Below, piece after piece: positions 12,522-22,700 of a DNA stretch of 45,884 nucleotides. The notes beneath the pieces were generated by a model. That model was not told the origin of the DNA. It searched no databases and saw only the letters and a program-made list of their open reading frames with translations. The position numbers and the translations under genes are program-made. This DNA is from Vezdaea acicularis. Taxonomy: Eukaryota. The DNA lies in assembly GCA_026025075.1 (NCBI GenBank), contig JAPEUI010000125.1:1-45884 (forward strand). The letters are read 5' to 3'. Numbering within the stretch: the first letter of the stretch is position 1; each line of letters opens with the position of its first letter.

Positions 12522-13270
12522 AGGCGATGACGTGCGGGCACCGCACATTTAACATACACCCATATAGTCGGGCAGACATGTAATAGAATGGATTGTTCTG
12601 AGTTTTACTAGTTGCAGCACAAATACTGACTGGACAAAGTCGGTGCTGCCCTAGATACGTAACCACAACCGCGGAAAATGAAGAGACAAGGAGTTGAAAG
12701 GCGGTGAAGTATTGACGCCGCACCTCCAATGGAGATACTTATAACCTGTTAGACCTCCAATAAGAAGAATAGCTCCGAAGCCCATCCATTCTAGCGCAAA
12801 GATAGACTAGACAAAGCCGCCGCTGCTCTAGACCCATAGTTACAATCGCCAAAAAGGAGGAGACAGGGGTTTTAACGGTAGTGAAGTTCGGAATCCGCAC
12901 TTTCCATGTGAATACATGTAACCTAATAGACCTCTTATGAAATGAATTGCTGTAGAGTTCACCCGTTGCAGCATAAAGATGGACTTGACAAAGCTAGTGT
13001 TGCCCTAGACGCATAACTGGAATCGCGAAAGCGGAAAACCACAAGATATAATGTCTTTATACCAATCTGAAACGCGATTGCGCAGAAGGTACATGTAATT
13101 TAGTAGATCTTTAAAAAGATGAATAACTCTGAACTTCTTTCGTTGCAGCACAAAGATGGAATAGACAAAGGGGTTGCAGCTCTAGACGCATAAATAGGAC
13201 CGCGAAGCTCAAAATCATAGGATATGATGATGTCTTTATGCCAAACTGCAAAACGATCGCGCAGAAGCTA
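12495..13270. repeat. Diverged tandem array of an exactly 177-bp unit derived from the RRN6 3' end (~4.4 units)
   Basis: Homologous blocks (C.CAAAGAT.GA.T.GACAAAG....GC.CTAGA) start at 12618, 12795, 12972 and 13149. The RRN6 terminal codons at 12495 align with 12672 and 12849. Confidence 0.85.
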
Positions 13271-14555
13271 CAGATCGCCCAAAGAAAGAGACAATGACTT
13301 ACACATACAGTAAAGTCCACAAGTCCTCAGAGGGAAAAGGGGGTAGCTCAAACTCGCAGCGTAGTCCATAGGTCGGCTTCACAGCCAAGCCTGCAACACC
13401 GAAACCACGTGCTTCTGAATGTGTTCGATATATTGCAAAATATTCCGTCATGATCCCGCTGCGTCTAGTCAGCGTGGTGTATAGCGATGCTGCACGACTT
13501 TAAATTGCGGCATCCCGCGTTCGATTCGTCGTTCGCGCAAGCCTTTCGTTCACGCAACTGCAAATACGGGTTCGCCCGGGGTGAAATCGCTGTTGACAGG
13601 CAGCGCTGAATCAGCACAACTGCTTGCGTTGGGTTGGATTCTGTCTCCTTCCCAAATTCATGCCTCAAGTGGGGGTTTATACGTTGGCTTCCCGTGACTT
13701 CCAGCCTGCTTATGGGCCTCCTCAGCACCAGAGAGGTTCGTATACGGGCTGGGAAGATACGTGCGTTTTTGTAAATTGTTTGAATTGAATATTATTTTTT
13801 GGCGTAGCTTTCAATACCTTTGATTGCAAGAGCTCAAGGATTCGCGGAACTTTAGACTGTTGATAAGGCACCGATGATGCCAAAACTCAAGACTCTTTGA
13901 GACGGCGAGCTCAATACGTTTGAGCGAGTACAAGTCAATATCTAGGACGAGGATCTTGCAGCATTTGGCGCCGATCAGGGGAGTCGCAAAATCGCAGACC
14001 AAAGGAGGAGTGAGTGAGTGGGAGCCTGGAGGGGGCTGCGGACGGCGTTCATCATTGGCCCGATGGCCGAAGTGATTGGTTATATGTGCTTTAAAGTGTC
14101 TTCAAATATGAATGTTCCATAAGAGTCTTTGCGATTGGGAAGGGTTATCTTGGAGCTGTGGCCTTAACGTTTCGACGGACCTTCATGTTAGCTATTGATT
14201 ATAACAGAGCGGTGATATGCAACCACTCCTTAGACTTAAATGAAACAAAAGACTCTACATGTTGTAGGCCTGCCTTTCTTCAAGGTCATGTCTGTGATTG
14301 ACCACCGTAGGCTTGCGCTACGTTAGGGTAAGAGAATAGAGTTCACGATCGGACCCTGTGCAAGACCCTCTCAAGGGTTGCACCGCACTCAAGAAAGATC
14401 TATTCTTGACTATAGTAGAGAATTGTTCTCGCAGTGATTCAAAGTGAAATACAGACACCATGCGTGCCGTGCATCTTGTGGTCCGGTGCTATTTCCATTT
14501 GGGCAAGACGCATGTCGGCTGGCCATTTGTCTATGGACATCGCGAAAAACGACTA

Positions 14556-14616
14556 CAGTGGGGGGGGCAATAGTCTGAATACACCTTGGCCTCGCTCAGA
14601 CTTCTGGCCCCCCCTG
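14556..14616. mobile_element. Miniature impala/mimp-like Tc1-mariner MITE, copy 1 (61 bp)
   Basis: TA|CAGTGGGGGGGGCAATAGTCTGAATACACCTTGGCCTCGCTCAGACTTCTGGCCCCCCCTG|TA: TA target duplication and an impala-type CAGTGGG..GCAA terminus. Confidence 0.8.
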
Positions 14617-15021
14617 TAACAAAGCCGCCGACCTCCTGAGCTAGGATCGCAACTCAGATGTCTCTTTTGTGTTTGTTCTTAGGATCTAAGAACAAAGCCT
14701 ATAGTTCTAAGAGAACTAGTCACCCTAAGATCTTTTAGAAGCCTCCACTCCACCTGGAAGCATGTCACGCACTAAAAAGGGTGCCAAAAGGCCTCCAGTG
14801 CCAGTACTAGTAAGAAAAGCAGCCATTAATTTAAAAAAAAGGGTATGTTGTAACGTTAGATACATCTCATAGATCTTCTAACGTTCCTCACTAGCCTCTG
14901 CTGCGAAGGACGTTATTTACTGAAATGTGTTACACATATAATTCAGTAGATTTCAATCATTATATGTGAACAAAAAAATATTCGAAGGTTGGCTTCTTTC
15001 TTTGCCTTCTCATCGTTCATA

Positions 15022-15101
15022 TAGTGGGGGCCAGAAGTCTGAATACACCTTGGCGCGTAAAACGAGGCCAAGGTGTATTCAGACTTTTGCACCCCCCACT
15101 G
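15022..15101. mobile_element. Miniature impala/mimp-like MITE, copy 2 (80 bp, hairpin), inverted relative to copy 1
   Basis: TA|TAGTGGGGGCCAGAAGTCTGAATACACCTTGGC...GAGGCCAAGGTGTATTCAGACTTTTGCACCCCCCACTG|TA. Its right 39 bp are the reverse complement of 14556-14594 with 2 mismatches. Confidence 0.85.
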
Positions 15102-15325
15102 TACCGTGCTTTGTCAAAGAAAATCAGAGCAAGCAAGGAAATCTTGTGAAGCATCGCTGTCGCGATGCTGAATTATATTTGTAATGGTCACAGATATATT
15201 CCAAGGACTCTCGGATAAGGATATGACGTGACTGCACCAAATACTATGAAATATACCAAAGATCCACCGCCGTTCTAGCACCCTAACTCCACCATATCCC
15301 CGATTAAAAATTCAATCACCCTAAG

Positions 15326-17534
15326 TTAATAAGCGAACCCTTCAACCCAGAGCCAGACCCCTTGTGCGCCTGTTCCTTTGTGGATGCCCCTCTCGTCACT
15401 TAGCCTGACCACAGCGCTACGCACATCCTGCGCCATTGCGCGGGGACCACAGACTACAACTGCGGACTCGCCGCGAGCAACTTCGAGTTCGGCTTGAATG
15501 ATTTTGTAGAGGTTTGGGCGGCCTACTGCTAGTGGGACGGAAGGTTTGGCTGAGCTGCAGGTGCAGGTAGAAGGTACATTGTGTTTTGCGTCAGCCAAGA
15601 TTGGAACCATAGTCATGCAGCCGCATGAAGCACAGATCTTGTCACTAGAGTCGAGAGGAGTTGAAGAGGAAGTGGAAGAAATTGAATGCAACGATGTTGG
15701 ACGGAGGGTCTGTACAGTCCGAGTATCTTTCTCTTTCGGCTTCTCATTCTGTGTCTCCGGTAAGCCGGTGTGAGCTAAAGCCTGCTCTTCCAACTCGGTT
15801 TTCTCTACTTTGCCATGTTTGGTCTCCTGCACACCAGATGCATGCGCAAATAGCCTATTCACGCTCGTGACCGAGTCGTCACAGCTGACGCAGACTAAGA
15901 CGTCTAACTCAAGTGGGGTGCCTGTCTCTCGGCGCAGCTCCAAAACGTCAGTCATGGCCTTATCGAGAGCGCTCTCAAACCATCTGAGTTGCTCGCAGCT
16001 TTTTACGGCCCATACGAAACGTATACGTCTGGTTACAACACCCTGTGCTATTCTCTCTCTCCACCCCAGTATGATATCGCGCAGTAGCGGAACAGTGAAT
16101 GTGGCACCTATGCCCCCAGCGACGAGCGTCACGGTGTCGAACTGCTTCAAGGGTCGCATGCGCCCATAGGGTCCTTCAATACCAACAGCAGTTGTCGAAG
16201 GGTGGAACCTAAGGTTGATTGTGGTAGATGGAAGGCTGTGCGATTTCGTGGCATGGCGGAAGAAAGAACGGGTTCCACCTCGTTCAGAGCGAGCTAGGAT
16301 TTCGAGTTTGTTGTCGGAGGGCAGAGAGTTGATAGTGAAGGGATGAGATTGAAGAGGAACAAGGCTATGACACGAGAGGAAGATGTGCTGGCCTGGAGAC
16401 CAACTAATTGGTGGATTTGGGATCGTAATGCGGGTGACATCGCAGGGTAGGGGCGTGAATGTCGCGCGGCATGTCCACAGGCTAGCGTTTTTGGTTTCGG
16501 AGTCTCTCTGCTTTCTTAGACGTGGATGAAAGATGCTCAAATTAGTATAGATGACGAATGCGGCCCGGACAACTCGGTCTAAGAAAAAGAGCCCAACAGG
16601 TATCCAGATCCATACATGTACCTCTGCCGGCGTATGAATATAGACGACGCCTATGAAAGCGGCAAACGAGATTAGATGCTGTAGAACAAAGATCTCATAG
16701 CTCCAACTCCGAATGGGCATCACAGAGCTGATGACAATCCACAGAAGTATGCTCCAGGCAGCAATGCCTTTCTGCGTGATGGGGTCTGTCTTTACTTTCT
16801 CGGAAATGTAATCGTAGCGCGCCCAGTCGCGGAACCAGTAACCCATATGGAGTGTAGACGTGAAGAGGAGGGCTCTCGCAGCCCACCGGTGCATCCAGTT
16901 CAGACGCTCGTAACTGGTTCCGGTGAGAAAACCGATGACATTGTTCTTACTCGCAAGCAAGAAGATAAGGGGCAACTGGGCCATGCTGATGAAGCCTGTG
17001 CGGTATCCGACGTCTTCCCATTCCCACACATCACTAAGATCGAATGCGAAAAGGCAGAACACCGTCAGAGCGGCGAAATATGCTAGGACGATGAATACAT
17101 GGCCAACTGGTAGGCGACCGAAGAGGTATCTGTTGATTCGATAGTTTCCAGAAAGGGGCATGTATGCTACCTCCCGAGTAACAGCTACGAAAGTCGCCCA
17201 TGTATTTGATAGTATTGATCCGGGCTTTGCTGGGGACGGGTGATTCCTCTTTGATGCTGATTTTCTAGAGTATTATGTTAATGATCCATCTTTGTGTGCG
17301 TTGGATACGTTAAACTTGCCTCTGTCGAGCGATAAGCTTATTCAATATGTTCACCGCCGTTGCGAACGCAGTCAACGCACCGAGTATCGCCCAGAAAACT
17401 CGCTGGAGATGGAACAAATCTGGGAGAGCCGGACCTCCAAATGGAGAGCTTGAAGAAGAGCTGGCTCCATAGCTCATGCCTCCCATCCCCATTCCCATCC
17501 CGTCGGAGCCACCCATATTCATGTGATCATGCAT
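15326..17534 (-). CDS. Ferric/cupric reductase (FRE-family metalloreductase) with Met/His-rich N-terminus
   Basis: Exon 1 (17534-17320, MHDHMNMGGSDGMGMGMGGM...) is joined in frame through a GC-AG intron (17319-17265) to the 611-aa ORF. Heme-ligand His motifs (LNWMHRW, TLHMG, LQHL, YIH), FAD-binding HPFT, EGPYG, NADPH-binding AGGIGATF and VCGP, C-terminal EGFAY. Confidence 0.92.
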
Positions 17535-17985
17535 CTTGGAGTCCAAGGCACTCAATGGCGTAAGTTTGTTCGCGATAGCAGAAGGAGAAATGCTCTAAAG
17601 GTTTAGGAAAGCGGTCGACACTTGTATATATGACGACATTGCACAACTTCTAGCACAGGTTGCTACGAAAGAAGAGGTCTAAGCCTAGGAGTTTTGAGAA
17701 TGAATTACAGAGGGGGTGCAGTCTTCGCAGCATGCATATGGGTTCGTATATTCCGCACCAAAACATATAGAAAGCCAAGCCTGACTTTCCAGCGAAAGGT
17801 GGAATACATATGAACTCTACTTTCGTAAAGCCAGAATCGTATCAAGTCATCGGCCCCAGAGCTTCCTTGCATGGCGCCAAAAAGGCTGTCCGGCGTGAGA
17901 CCTTGTGAGAGATCCCATTCTTTGTTGGCGCTGCCCCACCCAAGTGGTTCGCTCTTTGCCGAAAAAGGTTAGTGGCCCAGAGAAA

Positions 17986-18001
17986 TATGCTCAAATGCTC
18001 G
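17986..18001. promoter_or_regulatory. Candidate tandem copper-response (Mac1-type) elements in the shared FRE/CTR promoter
   Basis: TATGCTCA followed by AATGCTCG. Both resemble the Mac1 CuRE TTTGC(T/G)C(A/G) / TGTGCTCA with 1-2 mismatches, between divergent reductase and Ctr genes. Confidence 0.5.
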
Positions 18002-18248
18002 CACATCGCTTGCGCATTGACTTGATCCCACCTCGTCTGGGATCAGACGCGATGTGGTTAGTTATAAGCTACTCGTAGGGAAGAATGATCCGTGGTGAGG
18101 CCGAATGCGGGCGCGTTAGGTAGAGGCTGCTGTATCTCCATGGACGCTGACACTTGAATCTTATCACGCCAGATTCAAGCCTTCATTATATTTCCTTTTC
18201 GGATCTCAATTTCCTCGCCTTTTCACAAGTCATCGCGATAAGACGGGT

Positions 18249-18810
18249 ATGGCAAACTCTACGATGATGTCTATGCCGATGGTCTTCACCCTCACAACCG
18301 ATACACCCCTCTATTCATCAGCCTGGACGCCTTCAAGCCGAGGCGCATACGCCGGATCATGTCTTTTCCTAATTGTACTTGCAGCCATCCTAAGAGGTCT
18401 TTACGCTTTCCGCGCAATCGTTGAGAGGTCGTGGTTGGACGTGGACAGACGGAGACGCTACGTTGCAGTCGCCGGCAAACCCTCTGTGTCAGAGAGAGTC
18501 AGTACGGATATTAACGCATTAGATGCAAAGCTGGTGAGCGTACAGGGCGTCGAGGAGGTTAGGGTTGTGAATAGCAAAAGGCGAGAAGTGCAGCCATGGA
18601 GACTTAGTCGAGATCCAGCTCGAGCAGCGTTGCTGATGTTGATTGTTGGAGTGGGGTACTTATTGTGAGTTTCCCGAGGCTTAGTTTGACGGCCTTGTCT
18701 GATGAAGGAACAGGATGTTGGCCGTCATGACCTACAATTTGGGCTACTTCTTGTCGGTATTGGGAGGTTCTTTCCTAGGGGAGCTACTCCTTGGGCGATA
18801 CGCTGCATAG
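18249..18810 (+). CDS. Ctr-family copper transporter
   Basis: Exons 18249-18664 and 18714-18810. N-terminal MMSMPMVF..TPLYS.AWTP, YAGSCLFLIVLA, PWRLSRDP, and the spliced TM2 motif YLLMLAVMTYNLGYF (MxxxM), then GSFLG (GxxxG) in TM3. Confidence 0.92.
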
Positions 18811-19015
18811 CTTTAGAAGGACCAGGCTTAGTCTTAGGAGTTATGTCGCACAGGAACGGTTCAGTTACTTCATACAGACATTTGAAATCTTGATTATCAC
18901 AGACTAAGACTGGTCTACGATATCTGACAGCCAGAGAATGCCACACAACACGAGAACAATGCCGGTCTTCGCATATAATTTACCTCCGCGCCTTCTTCAC
19001 GATTGTTATAGTTAA

Positions 19016-19752
19016 CTAAAGAGCAGCCGCAAACCCCAATGCGATCGCTACAACCCCTCCCATTGTTCTGTCTATTCCAAGTAAAGCGTTTGCTGCGCCG
19101 GAATGTGTGGCTGATGCTGAAGCTGTGGATGAAGGCGTCGCAGAGGGCACCACGGATTGTACGGCAGTTGCATCGCTGTCAGTCCCATTGGCATTTTTGG
19201 TCGGGCCCGTGTATGGCACAGCAGTCACGCCAGTATTGTTGGAGCAAGCTGCAGGGTGGAACTGGTTGGATGTCGCGGAAACGAAGGTAATATCGGCACA
19301 CTGGGGAGGTCAGTACATTTCTATGATAGAATTCTAGGATTGTTGACATTATAGAGCCCTCCACTTGGGTCTCCGTTTGACACAACCTGAATAGTCGCGT
19401 TCGTGCCCTCCTTCGCAATACCTGCTGGGACAGAAACATTCTTCAGGCAAAATTCGCCTAGACCCTGTTCTTGAATTGTCGGAAGGAGTGTAATATTGAA
19501 ATTGATGCCAGGGTCATTGCCGAGGGAGAGCAGGACTTGGATGTTGGCTCGGTCGTGCCCCATATTAAGGTTGATAGGGCCGCCCGTAATTGGCCATGCA
19601 GTGCGATTTGGGGAAACCGAATTTTGCCCACCACATGGGAAGTTGATCAGGAGATCTTCGTCAAAGCCACGGGCAACAGGATAGTCAAGCTTGAAGTGGG
19701 CTGAAGCCTGAGAGATGAGTAGAGAAAACAATACTGATTCAAAGAGCTTCAT
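19016..19752 (-). CDS. GPI-anchored BIM1/X325-like (LPMO-like His-brace) copper-binding surface protein
   Basis: Exons 19752-19348 and 19300-19016. Signal peptide MKLFESVLFSLLISQASA is followed directly by His (HFKLDYPVARGFDED..FPCGG). Second His in MGHD, G.GEFCL, G.NATIQ and spliced GGLYNCADITF, then a Ser/Thr/Ala-rich linker and hydrophobic GPI-type tail. Confidence 0.82.
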
Positions 19753-20144
19753 TTTTGATGAGGGGCAACGAGATGACGATATTGAGAAGGGGTTCAATAT
19801 GGAATGAAGACGAGAGTGACAAGGAAGCTATGTTGGACAGAGGACAAGATCATTCTTGATAGAAAGGCAAGAAGGGATATTTAACAAAGTCTATCGAGAA
19901 CTTTGCAGGGGAATGAACGCTCTACGGCGTAGCTGGATATGGGCCTTGACTAATGCAATAGCAACTCCGGCCCCGGGCCAACGATGATCACTATCAGATC
20001 GCAGCTTCTAGCGAAGCGCTGAGCCTGTTATTCTTACCCGGTTTAGCGTGTTTCCCTTCATGTTGTTCAGGCCAATAGGGTTCAATACTGTCTGTAATGT
20101 AGACAGAAAGCTGTGGTGACTTTTGCGCTCGCCAAAGATCACGG

Positions 20145-20152
20145 TGAGCACA
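20145..20152 (-). promoter_or_regulatory. Candidate Mac1 copper-response element upstream of the BIM1-like gene
   Basis: TGAGCACA on the plus strand is TGTGCTCA on the minus strand, ~400 bp upstream of the ATG at 19752. TTTGCGCTCG lies nearby at 20122. Confidence 0.45.
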
Positions 20153-20599
20153 TTTGCGGTCGTTTCCCAAGAGCCGCTGCTTGCTTCGCTAGCGCCCGCA
20201 CCTGCAGGGATCATTCGCTTTGCCAAGAAGCGAGGTCGGCATGTGCATGAGATTGGCTGCGCTTACCCTGCGCGAGACATAATCACGTGCCTCTCAATAC
20301 GTAACTAAGGTCGTGGGGGAGCGCTTTTCTAGCATTCAAACAGAATTGAGACTTCTCTTGACTACTAAGATATCTAATCCAGCTGGCAACAACTGCTTTG
20401 ACCTTACGTGATATCTGCGCCTGTGTCGTATCGAGTCCAGTCTGTTGTCTAGCATCACTCACAAGATAGCAGTAATAAAGAATTCGAGTGTGGTATTCAC
20501 ACATGCGGGGTCTTAAGTAACGAGACAAGGCCGATGTCGAGACTGCCCTCCAACTAACGACTCTATAATTTCGATTTTTTGACAGAGTCCACATTGTTA

Positions 20600-21290
20600 C
20601 CTGGAATCTATCTTTATCTTCTTCAGTGCAGTTCCACAGCTTCACCACCAGCTTCTCATCTCGTGCATATTCGCGATGTTTGGCAGCAGTCGCCCCGGGA
20701 ATGCAATATGGTCCGCTCATAGCATTTGGGCTTGTGGCAACGAAAGCTGCCAGTTAGTATAGGTCTTCAAGCTGTACGTAATAAGAGGCGTCCGAACAGC
20801 TGCTATGAGTCGGGTAGCAGTGCTATAAGAGAGCGCGTTATCCAAACCCGTCTGGACAGGACTCGGGATGAACAGCCTTACTTTCGGTTTTGGGTAGCGG
20901 CGGGCGTGTTCCTTGGTAATGAGAACATTCCCAAGCTTGCTTTGGCCATGTCGCGTCATGGGTAAGTTCTTTAGAGGAAAGGTGCTCTCGAAGTGGACAC
21001 CATCCTTAGGGACATAATAGTGACCTGACGAGCCAATATTGATATTTTTGACGTTCGACCCTGAAATTTCAGCTGTCCTTTCTAAAAGCTGTATTAAGAG
21101 TATTGTCAGATGAGATGTGCTAGCCTAGTTTCAGACTTAATGGATCATATAACTTTCAAGTACTCATCGGCGACTTTGACATTGGGCCCGACGCATAAGT
21201 CCGGTCCAGTCCTATTCGTTTTCTCGAGCCTCATAGAGCATCTCTAACCTATCGCAGTACTTTGAGTAGGTTCACGGCCAGAAAATCCTT
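20600..21290 (-). pseudogene. Decayed short-chain dehydrogenase/reductase (retinol-dehydrogenase/WWOX-like)
   Basis: Minus strand reads LAH/LTILLIQLLERTAEISGSNVKNINIGSSGH..PKDGVHF..MTRHGQSKLGNVLITKEHARRYP, where the catalytic YxxSK motif has Y->H. After a frameshift it continues GPYCIPG..EYARDEKLVVKLWNCTEE, a typical SDR C-terminus. Stops and frameshifts are present and no TGxxxGxG N-terminus was found. Confidence 0.8.
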
Positions 21291-21700
21291 GTCTTAAGGT
21301 AGAAACAATTGTGGATGAAAATACATCTCACGACATAATTCTTCACACCACTCTGCACAGTCGTGATGATTTCAGTCATGTTTGTGCTCGATGCCCCGGA
21401 TTTAACCGAAAGGCTGGCTCATCAATCACACAAACCTTGGAACTTCTCACGCATCCAGTAACGAGCTCAGTCACCCACGCCAAACGAAAGCTCATTACTC
21501 CTCCAGGTACACGTGCTGATGTCCCTGCAGTAGTTTTGGTAATTGTTGCTCTTCGTTATGCGCTAGTGACTGTTTCTCACAAGACACAATTTGTCGTAGA
21601 CTGGCCCTCCAATTATCAACCACACTTTTTGTCGACAACCGGAATTGACAATCCTTCCACGCTGAGCAAGTAGTCGAAGGACTACTGAGAGTCTGCAATT

Positions 21701-22427
21701 ATGGATCACGCAAAGCTTGCGAAGATGCAGGCACAAGTGCGCATTGGTGAGCAATTCTAAGATATCCCGCTTGGTCTCAGTCTACGAAATTGAATGCAAG
21801 GCACATTTACTAACCTAAATGATTGCCTCTAGGGTACCCAACCCCCTTATTTCTATATTTGCCAAAGCTGTGCTTAAATGATTCGGGAGCTTGATATCCC
21901 AAAATTAAGCACGGTTTGCTCAATAAATAGCTAACATTTCTACACAATTTAGGGGCAAAGGCACGCCTCGCCGGAAGCAGAAGAAAGTCCACAAGAGTGC
22001 TGGAACAGATGATAAGAAGCTTCAAACTTCCCTCAAAAAGCTCAACGTGCAGCCAATACAAGCAATTGAAGAGGTGAACATGTTCAAAGAAGATGGAAAC
22101 GTTATCCATTTCGCCGCTCCCAAAGGTCAAAAGCATCCTGGCTCCGAAACTCCACAAAGGGGAAAAGCTAACGTACAACCAGTCCATGCCTCAGTACCAT
22201 CTAACACCTTCGCTATCTATGGCAACGGAGAAGATAAAGAACTCACTGAACTTGTTCCCGGCATACTTAACCAGCTCGGTCCGGACTCGCTAGCATCGTT
22301 AAGGAAGCTAGCCGAAAGCTATCAGAGCATGTCGAAGGAAAAGGACGGCGAGAAGAAAGAGGGAGAGGATGACGACGATATTCCTGACCTAGTCGCAGGA
22401 GAGAACTTTGAGAGCAAAGTCGAGTAA
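21701..22427 (+). CDS. EGD1: Nascent polypeptide-associated complex subunit beta (BTF3/EGD1)
   Basis: Exons 21701-21746, 21833 (single G), 21953-22125 and 22183-22427 give [96 protein letters not shown]. Confidence 0.96.
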
Positions 22428-22700
22428 GGTACCGAAGTTTGTCAATCGATGTGGACGCAACAAAATAGTCTCCTGTTTGGGGGGTAAGCGCATCTCTTCA
22501 GGCTAGTGTGGTAACGAGTTTACTTCTCAGGTATACTCATGATAGCGTCACAAATGTATTTTGAGCCTTAAGCTGTCATAATGCAGATGCCAAGCACGCT
22601 GAACCACCAGGACCAAAAGCATCCGCCTGCACCTATTTACTCCCGCGGCGTCTGCACCCCTTAAACGTAGAAATTCTAGGTAATTTCAAGTCTGCTCTCA

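Noticed and set aside
12133..13320. Minus-strand repeat protein (ORFs 13111-13320 and 12133-12729 share a frame across the 177-bp array)
   Set aside because: There are four in-frame stops, and the shared frame follows automatically from a unit length divisible by three. The 3' part is antisense to RRN6.
13330..14430. Short ORFs (13465-13728, 13811-14002)
   Set aside because: No recognisable domains or gene structure, so treated as intergenic.
17535..17639. Upstream ATG in frame with the reductase (MSSYIQVSTAFLNL*)
   Set aside because: It is closed by TAG after 14 codons. It could be a uORF or a lost extension, but there is no supporting evidence.
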